Shown piece after piece: positions 22,955 through 35,640 of a DNA stretch of 64,000 nt. Origin of the DNA: Emiliania huxleyi CCMP1516 (lineage: Eukaryota). Below the pieces are notes generated by a model, which worked only from the letters and a program-made list of their open reading frames with translations, did not search any database and was not told where the DNA came from. The DNA lies in contig NW_005201287.1 of the NCBI RefSeq assembly GCF_000372725.1, positions 1,085,081 through 1,149,080 on the forward strand, in the 5' to 3' direction. Every line of letters begins with the position of its first letter. Position 1 is the stretch's first letter. The translations under genes were made by a program, and so were the position numbers.

Positions 22955-25900
22955 ATGCTGCGCCTCTCCGGCGCTCGGGGCGCGCTCGGGGCGCGGCGCC
23001 TCGCGGTCGCAGCCGTCTCCCACCCCGACGCGTCCAAGCTCATCTCCTCGCTCGAGTCGTCCAGCAAGACAAACCTCTCGCAGGTCGTGCCCTGGTTCGC
23101 GGAGCAGATGCCGACGACGTACTTCCGGATCTTTGGCGAGGAGACGCAGCGCCGCCACCTGCGCGCCATCTCCACCCTCTTCGACGACGACCTCAACCTC
23201 AAGACCCTCAGCCTGACGTCGCACCACGGCGGCGCCGGCGGCTGCCCCGGCCGCGGCCCGAGCGCCGTCTACCACACCACGCTCTCGCGCGGCGCGGCGA
23301 CGTCCGCGGCGGCGCGGCTGGCGCAGCAGGTCGCGGCCCTCCCCAGGGAAGCCGAGCTCCGCCGCGTCCTCGTCTTCCGCTCCGCCGACGACCGGCTCTG
23401 CCTCGACATCCTTGAGACCGGCTCCGCCGACGCGCCCTTCTCCGGCGAGGACGCGGAGCAGAAGGCGGCGCTGGTTGCGCTGGAGGGGTACGCCGCGCGC
23501 CTGCGGGCGGGCGAGCTCGTCGGCCAGTCCAACCACGTCCCTCCGTCGGCCATCCTCTCGGACGGCGAGGTTGCCAAGTTCCTGCGCCGCTGCTCGACGA
23601 CCTACGTGTGCCAGCACGAGCCGCGGCTGCTGTACAAGCAGATGCTGCTGACGCAGTCGGTCGCGGGGACGGAGGACGTGGCGGTCGAGTTCGAGGACGG
23701 CTACGAGTACGGCTCGCACAACGGCGCCGCCACCCTCATCACGGTCGCGCTCGGCGACAGCAAGCCGCGCCGCGCACTGCAGGGCACGCTCGCGACGCTC
23801 GACATGCACGGGCTCCAGGTCGAGCGCGTCCTGGTCGACATGATCGGCGACCCGCCGTCCGACAAGCCGGGCCTGCCCTCGGCCGGGGTGACGCTCGTCC
23901 GCGCCATCGTCCGCTCGCCCGCCGGCGCCGTCGCCGACAACACGCAGCTCGCAAACGACCTGCGCCGCTTCAAGTGGCTCGACGACTCTGCGCTCTCGCT
24001 CGCGGCGGCGCACCCGTCGCTCGGCCTCGAGCGCGCCGAGTCGACGGCGGCGCTCGCCACGCTCTCGCTCGCCCTGCTCGACCACCCGCTCCTCTCGCGC
24101 AACAACATGCTCTCTCTCCTCGAGCGGCCCGCCTTTGCGCCGCAGCTCGCCGCGCTCAGCGATGTCTTCGCCGCGCGCTTCGACCCGACCAGCCCTATGG
24201 ACGACGCGGCCTTTGGCGCGGCGATCGACGACTTCGACAAGTCGGTCGCCGTCGGCTTCCAGGCGGAGGAGTCGCGCTCGCTCCTCCACGCGATGGGGCG
24301 CTGCCTCCGCCACACGATGCGCACCAACGCGCCGCTCGCCGAGTCGCGCCGCGCGCTCGCGCTGCGGCTCGACCCCGCGCTGTTTGCGCAGCCCATCTCG
24401 CAGCACGCGCCGCACGTGCTGCAGCTCCCGTACGGCGTCTTCTTCGTCGCCGGCCGCCACTTCTCCTCCTTCCACGTCCGCTTCGCCGACGTCGCGCGCG
24501 GCGGCTTGCGCGTCGTCGCGCCGGCCGACTCGGAGGCGCACGTGGCCGAGTCGCGGCGCCACTTCCTCGAGTGCCTCAACCTGGCCTGGGCGCAGCAGCT
24601 GAAGAACAAGGACATCCCCGAGGGCGGCTCCAAGGGCGTGTGCCTCGTCACGCCCGGCTCGAGCAGCAAGGAGCGCGCGGAGCTGCTGCACGGCTCCGTC
24701 AAGGCAACCATCGACGGCATGCTCGACCTCATCAGCCCCGGCGCGCTCGCGCGCCTCGGCGAGGCGGCGGAGGCGCCGGCGGACCGCGTCGGCCGCGGCC
24801 CGGAGCAGATCTACCTCGGCCCCGACGAGAACATCACGCCGGACGACATCGACTGGGTCGTGCACCGCGCCGCGGAGCGCGGCTACGCGCGGCCCGCCGC
24901 GTTCATGTCGTCCAAGCCGGCCGAGGGCATCAACCACAAGGAATTCGGCGTCACGTCCGAGGGCGTGGCGGTCTTCCTCGACGTCGCGCTCAACGCGCTC
25001 GGCCTCTCGCCGCGCACCGAGCCGTGGTCCGTCAAGCTGACGGGCGGCCCCGACGGCGACGTGGCGGGCAACATGCTCCAGATCCTGCACCGCGAGTACG
25101 GCGACAAGGTGCGCGTCGTCGGCATGGCGGACGGGTCGGGGTGCGCCGAGGACCCGGCGGGCCTCCCGATGGCGGAGCTGCTGCGCCTCTTCGAGCAGTC
25201 CCTCCCCCTCTCCGCCCTCGACCGCGCCGCCCTCTCGCCGAGCGGGCTGCTGACGACGGTCGACACCGAGGAGGGCTTCCACGCGCGCAACTCGATGCAC
25301 AACCGCGTGGTCGCCGACGCCTTCATCCCCGCCGGCGGCCGGCCCTCCGCCATCAACGGCTCCAACTGGCGCGACTTTCTGCTGCCGGACGGCACCCCCT
25401 CGGCCAAGGTGATCGTGGAGGGCGCCAACCTCTTTGTCACGCCCGAGGCGCGGCAGGCTCTCTTCGAGGAGTGCGGCCTCCCGATCATCAAGGACTCGTC
25501 GGCGAACAAGTGCGGCGTCATCTGCTCGTCGCTCGAGATCGCCGCCTCCATCGTCCTCGAGCGCGACGAGTTCGTCGCCCTCAAGCCCGCCTACGTCCCG
25601 GCGGTGGTCGACCGGCTGCGCGCCCTCGCGCGGCTCGAGGCGTCTCGCATCATGGCCGAGTCGCGGCTCCGGCCGCACGTGCCGCTCCCGAAGCTGTCGG
25701 AGCAGCTCTCGCTCGCCATCCTGCGCGTCACCAACGCCGCCGCCGACGCGCTCGAGTCGCTCGAGCCCGAGCGCAAGGAGCGGCTCTGGCCGCTGATGCG
25801 CGAGCACCTGCCGGCGCCGCTCTTCGACGCCTACTCGACCCGCATCGCCGAGGCGCTGCCGTGGGAGTACCAAAAGTCGCTCATCGCCGCGTCGCTCGCG

Positions 25901-26137
25901 TCGCGGCTAGTCTACCGCGAGGGGCTCTCGTGGGCCGAGTCGCTGCCCAGCGAGGCCCTCCCCACCGTCTGCCTCGAGTACCTCCGGCAGGAGCAGCGGA
26001 TCCGCCAGCTGGCCGAGGACGTGCGCACCTCGAGCCTCGGCGAGCGCGACGAGGTGTCCGAGCTGCTCATCCGCGGCGGCGTGCGCGCCGCCGTCGAGAG
26101 CGCCGAGCACACCCGCGGGGCGGCGATCGCGGCCTAA
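22955..26137 (+). CDS. GDH2: Large NAD-specific glutamate dehydrogenase, probably mitochondrial
   Basis: FHVRFADVARGGLR, QQLKNKDIPEGGSKG, YLGPDEN, GINHKEFGVTSEGV, GGPDGDVAGN, IVEGANLF, DSSANKCGVICSS. Confidence 0.95.
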   Translation: MLRLSGARGALGARRLAVAAVSHPDASKLISSLESSSKTNLSQVVPWFAEQMPTTYFRIFGEETQRRHLRAISTLFDDDLNLKTLSLTSHHGGAGGCPGRGPSAVYHTTLSRGAATSAAARLAQQVAALPREAELRRVLVFRSADDRLCLDILETGSADAPFSGEDAEQKAALVALEGYAARLRAGELVGQSNHVPPSAILSDGEVAKFLRRCSTTYVCQHEPRLLYKQMLLTQSVAGTEDVAVEFEDGYEYGSHNGAATLITVALGDSKPRRALQGTLATLDMHGLQVERVLVDMIGDPPSDKPGLPSAGVTLVRAIVRSPAGAVADNTQLANDLRRFKWLDDSALSLAAAHPSLGLERAESTAALATLSLALLDHPLLSRNNMLSLLERPAFAPQLAALSDVFAARFDPTSPMDDAAFGAAIDDFDKSVAVGFQAEESRSLLHAMGRCLRHTMRTNAPLAESRRALALRLDPALFAQPISQHAPHVLQLPYGVFFVAGRHFSSFHVRFADVARGGLRVVAPADSEAHVAESRRHFLECLNLAWAQQLKNKDIPEGGSKGVCLVTPGSSSKERAELLHGSVKATIDGMLDLISPGALARLGEAAEAPADRVGRGPEQIYLGPDENITPDDIDWVVHRAAERGYARPAAFMSSKPAEGINHKEFGVTSEGVAVFLDVALNALGLSPRTEPWSVKLTGGPDGDVAGNMLQILHREYGDKVRVVGMADGSGCAEDPAGLPMAELLRLFEQSLPLSALDRAALSPSGLLTTVDTEEGFHARNSMHNRVVADAFIPAGGRPSAINGSNWRDFLLPDGTPSAKVIVEGANLFVTPEARQALFEECGLPIIKDSSANKCGVICSSLEIAASIVLERDEFVALKPAYVPAVVDRLRALARLEASRIMAESRLRPHVPLPKLSEQLSLAILRVTNAAADALESLEPERKERLWPLMREHLPAPLFDAYSTRIAEALPWEYQKSLIAASLASRLVYREGLSWAESLPSEALPTVCLEYLRQEQRIRQLAEDVRTSSLGERDEVSELLIRGGVRAAVESAEHTRGAAIAA

Positions 26138-26656
26138 GCGCCCCGCGCGCGGCGCGGCTCAAGGCGGCGCCTCTCTCTCTCCACTCGCCGGCCCGCCCTG
26201 CGTGGCCTTGCGAGCCTCTCCCCTCCCTCCATTGCAGCAGCCCCATGACCATGCTGTCCAGTGAGTCCCGCCAGTCTGTCGTCTGTGCCGCGGGGCCTCG
26301 GTCTCGCCCTCTGAGTGCGATCGGGTTGACGACTCGAGGCCCCGTTCTTTACATAGTCTTGTGCGTCCGGCGTGCGGCCCTCTCTCTGCTCGCGAGAGAG
26401 AGAGAGGTGTCTGCGCGGCCCACCCTTTAGCAGAGTCCGGTCGTTGTCAACGTGCTTATTTATTTCAGAATAGCCACCACCCTCTCCACGGCCGTCTCCT
26501 TCACACGTCACACACGTCACACACACGTGTGCACCGCGTCCGCCGCCGTCCGCGTCACGAGGCGCGAACGCACCCCTCTAGGATATGGACCTCGTAAAAA
26601 CAGGGTGGTGCTCACGCGAAAAAAGGACCAATCGACGCGATGTGCAAAGCATTAAT

Positions 26657-26841
26657 CCCTGGGTCTGGACGATTTTTTCACGGTATCCGCGGCGAGATAT
26701 GGCGCGGGAAACACCGAGGGAGGATCGGGCAATTCGCTATTCGGGGAGAGGAACACGGGGAGATACGGGGTAATAGAGGGGAATACGCGGAGATAGAGGG
26801 AGATATGGGGAGATAGCGCAAAAAAATCGTCCAGACTAGGG
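26657..26841. mobile_element. Short MITE
   Basis: GTCTGGACGATTTTTT / AAAAAATCGTCCAGAC inverted ends, internal GAGATA repeats; no clear TSD. Confidence 0.7.
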
Positions 26842-26919
26842 GCTAGGGCTAGCATACAAGAAGAGGAGAAAGAAGAGGACGCGGACACCAGTGATGACGA
26901 AACAGAAGCTAGCGCAGAC

Positions 26920-28137
26920 CTGAGCCCTGGCCTCGACACCTCGACACCAAACCTCGACACCGACTCGACACCTCGACAACCCATGCCAACTCGACAAACT
27001 CGACACCCCTCGACACCATCTAGGCTGAAACCATGCTCGTCCGTGTCAAGGTGCCAAACTCGACACCTCGACACCCCTCGACACCCCTCGACACCGCTCG
27101 ACACCGCTCGACACCGCTCGACACCGCTCGACACCGCTCGACACCTCTGATGATCCTAACACAGCAGAGACGTAGACCCATTGGAGTCACAGAGTTAGAA
27201 ATCAGGGTTGCAGCAGCAATCAAACTTGGCTGGCAGTACTTTCATCCCTGAGTTGCAGCCTCTCAAGTTCTAGCTCAAGTTGCAGCTCAGTTGCACCCCT
27301 GTTGATGCAGCAAACATGGCAGTACTCAGGTAGCCCTAAGGTGCTGCACAGCACCTTGTACAGTGGCAATGAATCCTCACACCAGTGAGCTTGTGCCATG
27401 AGTGCAGACCTGTGGTCCATTGCGCTTTGTGCACTGGCGACGCTGCAACGGCGACGCTGCAGCGGCGGCGACGCTGCTGCGATGGGGTACTGTAGCCCTT
27501 AGCTGCTGGACAGCACCTTGTGCAGTGGCAATGTCCACTGACTCATGGCACCAGCCTTGTGCCATGAGCGCTGTGGTCAGTTGCGCTTTGTGCGCCGGTG
27601 ACGCTGCAGCAGCGACGCTGCTGCAGCAGCGACGCTGCTGCGGTGCTGCGCCTGCACAGCACCTTGGTGCACAGTGGCAATGACTCCCGGCACTTGATGT
27701 CCTCAAATGTCCACAGAGAGTATACTGGTTGTGCTCAGGTTGTGCTACATCAACAGGGTGCAACTGAGGCTGCAACTAAGCTCTAAGGGATGAAACAGCT
27801 TTGCAACTGCTGCCCAACTTTTGTTGTATGTTGATGGGCTGCAACTGCATCCACCTGCCACCTTGGACACCTCGATACCTCAGACGCCTCTTGACAACAC
27901 TCGACACCCGCTCGACACCCTCGACACCCTCGACACCCTCGACACCCTCGACACCCTCGACACCCCTCGACACCCCTCGACACTCCTCGACACGGACAAG
28001 CATGGTTTCAGCCTCGACAGGCCTCGACAGGCCTCGACAGGCCTCGACAGGCCTCGACAGGCCTCGACACCTCTATCCCTCGACAGCAGCTCGACACCCT
28101 CGACACCGGGCCTCGACACCTCGACACCAGGGCTCAG
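26920..28137. mobile_element. Non-autonomous TIR element with 8-bp TSD and CTCGACACC subterminal arrays
   Basis: TIR CTGAGCCCTGG/CCAGGGCTCAG; TSD GCGCAGAC at 26912-26919 and 28138-28145. Confidence 0.9.
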
Positions 28138-28974
28138 GCGCAGACGAGAGCAGGGCAGACCCGGGGACTGGGGAGCCGGAGCAGACGGCATCGGCCGCCG
28201 AGGGAACGTTGGGAAGAGGCACGAGGAGGGCGGCCGGACCTCAACCGACTATGGAGGACCCGTCGCCAGACGACGCGGGCAGACGAGACGGGGAGGCGGA
28301 GCAGACGGAGACGCGCAGGGCGAGACGAGGGAGGGAGCAGGACGTTGCGGAGATCAGCAGGAGGATGTACGAAGAGATTAAGAGCAGCAGGGACCCGAGG
28401 GACCATATGGAAGACGGCTAGTGCTAGTCCCCCAAGCCCCATCGGGAGGACGACCCCGGCTAGTCGCCGACCACACCCACAAAGAATTTTACAAACAAAC
28501 TCCCTCGCACAAAGAACACAAAGATCGCACGGGCGGGGACGTGTTCCTTTTTACCGCACATCGTTTTCTTGGGTTTCAAATTCTTTATTTATTTAATATA
28601 ACAAATATGAGTAGCGGGACACCCAGCTGGCACCGGCAGCCCGGCGCCCCTCCCGGGGCCGGCTCCGATGTGGTTGCTCTCGCAAGCGTTCCTTCCCGTC
28701 GCGGTCGTACGTTTTAAAACCGCACCAAGCTGGAAGAAGCCGCAGCGCACCGCGCTGAGCATGCGCGGCACGGACGTCTCCTACGCTGCTGATAAGGCAA
28801 ATGATGTTATCGCCGGCTAGCTGCAGCGCTGCCGATGCTCCTGCCCAAAAGCGCAGAAGATGTGCATCGGCGCTGGCTCCTCTCTTCTCGACACCGCACA
28901 CAGAACACACTCACTAAATGCAACAGAGTACGCACTTGATGCCGGTCGCCGCCCACTAGGTCCATCAGCTCGGC

Positions 28975-30873
28975 ATGCTGGCAGGCTTGGCGATGCCGCC
29001 GCTCATTGGCCTCCACACCCCGGAGCTCGAAGATGCGCACTCGTTTTGCCGCTCGTCGAGCTGGCTCATCCCCGGGTACGTCCTGCTCGGCAGCTACCCC
29101 GGGTCCAGCCCCGGGCGTCCCACCTCCAACGCGTGCACGCGGGCGAGGGAGACGGGCGTCAGCACCTTTGTCTGCCTGCAAGACGAGCTGCCGCCGCAGA
29201 CCGAGGCGTGGCCAGAGGAGGGCGTGCCAAACCTCTCCGAGCGCGCAAAGTGGGCGGAGGGCAACTTCCACAGCTACCGGGACGCCGCCGGACCGAACGC
29301 GTCCTTTCTGCACTTTGGGCTGCCCGACCTCAAGCCGGCGAGCTCGCTGGACGCCCTCGACGCGATCGTGAGTGTGCTGCACCGCCGGATCGAGAACGGG
29401 GAGAAGCTCTACATCCACTGCTGGGGCGGGCGCGGCCGGACCGGCCTGGTGGCGGCGAAACCGGCCCGGTGCTCATGTGAACGGTGCCTGGCCTCACAGC
29501 TATGATTGTGAGCAGGTCGCGGCCTGCCTGCTCGGTGCTCTCTACGGTGAGCTCGATGCCGACCAGGCGCGGAGCGGTTTACAGATCGGAGAGAGAGTAG
29601 TTCATGCAGCCCATTCTTGATCACGGCACCTCCCGGACAGGCGCTGAGGCGGGTGCAGTGCTACTATGACCTGCGGCAGCCGCTCGGGCGGGACGCGGCC
29701 GGAGCGCGCAAGTGCAGCCCAGAGACAGAGGCGCAGGCCAACCAGGTGCGCGATTGGTTCTCCTTCAAGCGGATCGTCGCCCGCGCGGACGTCGCTCCTC
29801 AAGAGATAGGCTGCACTTGGAGCATCTACAGCAGGGGAGTCCGGGTGCTGCGAGGCATCTCCACGCCTGGCACGACGGCGGAGCGCATTGAGACCGTCGG
29901 ACCGAGCGCAAATCATCCGCTGACACGCGCCGAGGCGCTGACGCGAGTCGGTGACGCGGAGCTGCTCGGCAAGGGTCAGTTTGGGAGGGTCTTCCGAGGC
30001 AGCTGCGACGGCACCACCCTCTGTGACGTCGGCTGCTCGGAGGGCGACGTGGCGATCAAGGTGATGCCTGACGGCGCCCCGTCGTACGAGCAGTCGAGGC
30101 TCGCGCTCGAGGCAAAGGTGATGCGTGCGATGAGCGGCGTGCGGGGCTTTCCAGTGCTGCACTACGACGGGCGTCAGACCGTGTTTGGGCGGCCGAGCGA
30201 CGTGCTGGTAATGGACATGCTCGGCCCTTCGGTGCGCTCCCTACTACACCGCCACCCGCTCGGAGCCTCGCGCGCCGTGCGCAAGGTGGGGCACGACGTG
30301 GTGCGTTGCCTGCGCGAGCTGCACGCGGCGGGCTTCATCCACAACGACCTCAAGCCGCTCAACATCCTGTTTGGCGCAGCCGGCACGGGCCGGGAGGAGG
30401 AGGCGCACGTGCTCGACTTTGGGATGGTGACGTCGACGGGCTGCTTGCAAGAGGCGGTGGAGGGCTGCGAGCTGTCCGCGGGCGGCGCGACGCCGCTGTA
30501 CGCCAACTTGGCGCAGCTTGAGGGGAGGCCGACGGCGCCGGTGGACGACATCGAGAGCCTGTGGTACTGCCTCGCCTTCCTCGAGGGCGGCGAGCTGCCG
30601 TGGATGTGGGAGCCGCTCGAGCGCGTGCGCAACATCAAGCGGCGGCTGCTGGTCTCCGAGTGCGCCGTCGCCTCGGACACGTGCGACTCGCAGCTCACGA
30701 GCGCGGAGGCCTGCTCGACCGCGCACTGCCTGCGGACGTACGAGGACTGGGACTGCTCCGACACGCTGCACGAGCTGTGGGGCGCCGTGCTCGAGGGACA
30801 GGCGAGCGGCCTGGTGGACTACGACGCGTGCCTCGAGGCGCTGGCGGAGCCTGAGGCGGAGAGTGGGGACTAG
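28975..30873 (+). CDS. Cys-based protein phosphatase fused to CK1-like kinase; introns 29449-29515, 29567-29640
   Basis: YIHCWGGRGRTG; GKGQFG, VAIK, MDMLGPS, HNDLKPLN, DFG, DDIESLWY, GELPW; both splices in frame. Confidence 0.8.
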
Positions 30874-31014
30874 CCCCGAGACGGGTGTGTGACATCGAGT
30901 GGTGACATATGGTCGGCAGGCAGCCATACATGTGTCCCCTCGGGTTTCTTGTCGCCAGTGCTCGCGCGTGTGCCTCGACTAGAACTCGCGGTGGGCGTGG
31001 GTTCACAACGGTAT

Positions 31015-32784
31015 ATGCCGCCGAAACGGGCCGCAACGTCACCGGCGGCGTCCGGCAAGCGCTCCAAGGCCGCCGTGCCCGCCGCCGAGCCCGCCGAGCC
31101 TGCAGAGGAGGCGCTCGATCCAGAGACGGTGCGAGCGTTCCTTCCAGTCGCGCTCTCTTCTGTGCTGACGGAGCAGATCGAGGAGACTGGCCCGTTCAGC
31201 AGTGAGGGCGCGATGCTCGCGATGCTAGAGGCGCGCGTGACGCTCGCCGTGGCGCTCTTCAAGCTCTCGTCCGAGTGCTCGCAGCGCGTGCTCTCCCACT
31301 CGTCGCGAGACTTTGGAGAGGGGCAGGCCTCTGCGGTGGAGCGAGCCTACGACCACGCGCTGCCCGCGCTGCGCGCGTGGGTCCTGCGACTCGGCCGTGC
31401 ACTCGCCGCGCGCTCGCCGCTGCCTCTCGCGAGCACCGGGCTGCCGCCGCGCTTCCACCGGCTGTGCGAGGTGTATGACCTCTCCGCGGACGAGCGGACG
31501 CTGCTTGGTGGGCTTCTGCTGCTGCGCACCTCGCACGCGTTTGCGCACGTCAAGCTGGGCTCGCACGTGTCGTACGGCGGCGGCGGCGGGCTCTACGCCT
31601 CCTCCTCGAAGCCCGCCGTCACCCTCTGCTCCATCCTCGGCTGCCCGCTCTCGTCGCTCGCCACCCTCCAGCGGCCAGAGCGGAGGCACGTCAAGCAGGG
31701 CGTGGTGCTGCAGGGGCAGCAGCTGCTCGCCGAGGTGCCGGCTCTGCAGCCCGAGGCGGTCCTCCTCCTGCTGGGCCTCCCCCTCTCCGAGTCGCAGCTC
31801 TTCAACATCGAGAAGGCCGACGCCATGAAGGTGCTCGTCGAAGAGCCCGGCTTTGAGCGGCCCGCCGCGGCCGCCGCAGCAGCAGCCGCGGCCGCCGCGG
31901 CCGCCGCGGCCACCGCGGCCGCCGCCGCGCTGCCCAAGGCGGTGGAGGGCGGCCCCGCCGCCGCCGCCCTGCCTGGCCACGGCTCGCTCTACTCGCTGCT
32001 CCAGATTGAGGCGGCTGCCGAGCGGTCCGCCGCCAACGGCGTCGCCGAGGGCGACGCGGAGGAGGGCGAGGCCAAGAGCGCCGAGGCCAAGGGCGCCGAG
32101 GGCGAGGAGGGGGGGGAGGCGCCGCCTTCCGGCTGGCGCAAGGGGCGCAAGGCTGCGGCGGGAGGCAAGTCGACGGCCGGCGCGGCGGCCGAGGCGACCA
32201 ACGGCGCCGCGGCGGGCGGCGGTGAGGCGGAGGGCGAGGCGGTCGAGGACGGAGCTGCGGGCGGGGCCAAGCTCCGGAGCGGGCCGTATGAAAACGACCT
32301 CGAGTACCTGCAGGACATGTTCGCCCTGGCAAAGCTGCGCTCCGACGTGGCGCGCGTGCGGCGGCACATGGAGGAGCGCGGACAGGCGGTCGCGTCGAGC
32401 AGTGGCGGCGGCGGCGGCGGCGCCGACGGCGGCGACGCAGACTCGGACGACGCCGACCTGCCTCCGCTCGACGAGCCGTACTGGGCGATGGACGAGTACA
32501 GCTACGAGATGGAGGCGATGTCCCGGGGCCGCTTCGGCCGCAACATGCGGCACGAGGCCTCGAAGCAGGCGCGGCACGACTCGAAGCGCGCGCGCAAGCT
32601 GCAGGCGCGAGCCGAAAAGCTGCAGGAGCGCATCTCTCGCAGGCTGGCACAGATGTCGGAGGCGGACGTGCGGCTGCCTCGGCTGGAGCGGCTCGCGGCG
32701 GCGCTCGGCTTCTGCGAGTTTGAGAAGAACGTCGTGGTCGCGATGATCGGGCAGGCCATCGCGCCGCGATCGATTGGCATCATG

Positions 32785-32819
<35 letters not shown>

Positions 32820-34987
32820 CCCCTCGGCGCGGCGCCTGCAGCGGCCTCTTTGCGCCACTCGACCCGCCTGTCTTGCGATTAGGCTCGCCGTCCAAGACGA
32901 TGCAGGTGGAGGTGCTGCTGCGCGCCTTCTCCGCCTCGCTGCAGCAGCAGATCCGCAACCGGCGCCACTTTTATAAGTCGTCGGTCCTCGTGCGCGAAGG
33001 GATCCTCGTGCTACACGGCGACGAGCTTGGCGGCGACCTCTCGCAGACGATGGCGGAGATCGACCGGCGGATGCTCGACTTTGTGGTCGGCCTTGACACC
33101 GAGTTCTCCGAGCTGATGGACGGCTCGCACCTCTACACGCCGACGGTCGACATCAACGAGGTCGTGCTGTCGGAGGCGAAGAAGACGCTGGTCGTGGACA
33201 CTGTCCGCCACTTCGACACCTTCACCTCGGCGGCCAAGGAGCTCGAGCTGCACAAGAAGCTCTCCTACGGGCACGGGATGGTGCTCCTCTTCTACGGCCC
33301 CTCCGGCACCGGCAAGACCATGCTCGCGAACGCGATCGCCGCCATGGTCGGCAAGAAGGTGCTGATGATCAACTTTCCGGCGCTCGGAGCCAACTCGGCG
33401 GGCGCAATCCTAAAGCTCGTCTTCCGCGAGGCCAAGATCCACGACGCGGTCCTCTTCTTCGACGAGTGCGAGTCGATCTTCATGGACCGCACGAAGGGCA
33501 ACCTGCAGGTCAACACCGTCCTCACCGAGCTCGAGCGGCACGAGGGACTCTGCGTCCTCGCCACCAACCGGCCGATGGACCTGGACGAGGCGATGCACCG
33601 GCGCATCACTCTCGCCATCGAGTTCACCAAGCCCGACCTGCTGCTGCGCGAGAAGATCTGGCGGAGCATGGCGCCGCCAAAGCTGCCGCTCGGCGACGAC
33701 ATCGACTTCATGGCGCTCGCGCGCAAGTTCGAGCTGCCGGGCGGCTTCATCAAGAACGCCTGGCTGACGGCGCTGTCGCTCGCCGTCGCGCGGGAGGGCG
33801 CCGCGTGCAAGGTCACGCAGGCGGATCTGCACGCCGGCGCGTCGCACCAGCTGCGCGGGCGGCTCGCGATGTCCAAGATGGACCGCGGCATCGTCCCGAC
33901 GCGCGGGCTCGAGGAGGCGAGGGACCCGCGCCCGCCCTCCCAGCTTCCTTCTCCCTCCCAGCATCCTTCTCCCTCCTCCCCCCCCCCCCCCCCCCACGGC
34001 CCCTCCCCGCCACTCCTCCGTCGCCCCTCCCGCCTCGCACCGCACCGCCCAGCCGAGCGAGCAGTCGGCGCGGGTAGGTGGAGCTGCCCGCCTCGGTCAA
34101 GGACAAGCTCCGCCAGATGGTCTCCTACTCCAAGGCGCAGGCGGTGCTGTTTGGCCAGTGGGGCTTCGACAAGCAGCACGGCCGCGCGCAGGGCATCGCC
34201 GCGCTCTTCCACGGCCCCCCCGGCACGGGCAAGACGATGGCGGCCGAGGTCTGCCCGGCTCGACTGTGGCGCCCTCCCAGCTCACCCATCTAAGGGCCGT
34301 CGCCCTCGCCCCCAGGCTGTCGGGTTTGACATCGGCCGCCCGCTCATGGTGGTCAACTGCGCTCAGCTGATGGACAAGTACGTGGGCGAGTCGGCCAAGA
34401 ACATCGAGAAGGTCTTCGACGAGGCCAAGGCGCAGGAGGCGGTGCTCGTGTTCGACGAGTGCGAGGGCCTGTTTGCCGAGCGGAGCTCCGAGGGAGGCTC
34501 GACCGCGCGGCACGACTCGATGAACATCGGCGTGCTGCTGCACCACATGGAGACCTTCTCGGGCGTCGTCGTCGCCATCACGAACCGGTTCCAGCAGATC
34601 GACTCCGCCTTCCACCGGCGCTTCAAGTTCATCCTCGAGTTCCCCACGCCCAACGCCGCGGCGCGCGGCCGGCTCTGGCGCCTCCTCGTGCCGAAGGAGG
34701 CGCCGCTGCACGCCGACGTCGACTTTGCGAGGTGGCGCCGTGCGCCGCAGCCGGGGGGGGGGGGGGGAGCTGGGAGTCACGCCCGGAAGCACCGCCGCAG
34801 GTTGGGCGAGTCGTACGAGCTGTCGGGCGGCTCGATCAAGTCGGCCGTCTTCCGCGCAGCGGTCGAGGCGTCGCTGATGCCCGAGCCGTCGGAGCGCATC
34901 ATCACCATGGCGGCGCTGCAGGCGGCTGCGCGCGAGGAGCTCGACAAGGACGGCGACTCGCGCCGACCCGCAGTCATGTACACGTGA
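31015..34987 (+). CDS. Tandem AAA+ ATPase (introns near 32820-32882, 33917-34077, 34249-34315, 34732-34800)
   Basis: GPSGTGKT/LFFDECE/ATNR and GPPGTGKT/LVFDECE/ITNR. Confidence 0.9.
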
Positions 34988-35640
34988 CCTGAATCGCGTC
35001 GGAACGGCACGGGGCCGCAACCCGAGCGAGGGACTCGGGCCAGTGCACGCATGCTGGCCGCTTTGCAACGATTAGTACTGAGGAGCGAGGGCATGTGGGC
35101 CCACGGGTCGCGCGCAGCACGATGTGAGACCTGACGCCACTCACCACGAACACCCGTGGCACACACCGCACCGCCGCGCGGGGAGATGTGAGTCCTACCC
35201 GCACGCGCGTTTTGAGTCTCGCGGGTCCGCGTCCGGGGGGAGGAGAGACACTGACAGGCGCCGGGGAGTCGAGAGAGAGACCACAGCTGGGAGAGAGGAG
35301 ACTACTCTACGCGGCGCGCTACGGAGAGAGAGGTGTATCGAGCACAGAGGATGATGTATTTGTCAAGATCAGAGACAGACCATCGGACACCCATGCGGAC
35401 ACCACGGGCGCGCGCAGCAGTACCGGCCGGCGCGACCATACTTACATGTACGTCTCTCAGTGTTGAGAGAGTGCAAAAACCGCTCAGTCCAGCATGGACA
35501 GGAGGTCCGGCCCCGGCCTCCAGCCACGAGGAGCGGGGGCCGGGGCGGGGGCGGGGGCGGGGGCAGCTGGCGACGGCGGCGCTGGCAGCGGCGGCTCGAC
35601 CTCCATGTCCTCTTCTTCGGTGTCGGAGCCCGGAGGCAAG

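Noticed and set aside
22871..26430. 1000-aa antisense and 940-aa alternate-frame ORFs over GDH
   Set aside because: Shadow ORFs caused by high GC3; the same applies to most long R/A/P/G-rich ORFs in the track
26836..26852. CTAGGGCTAGGG as a telomeric remnant
   Set aside because: Only about two units, overlapping a MITE end
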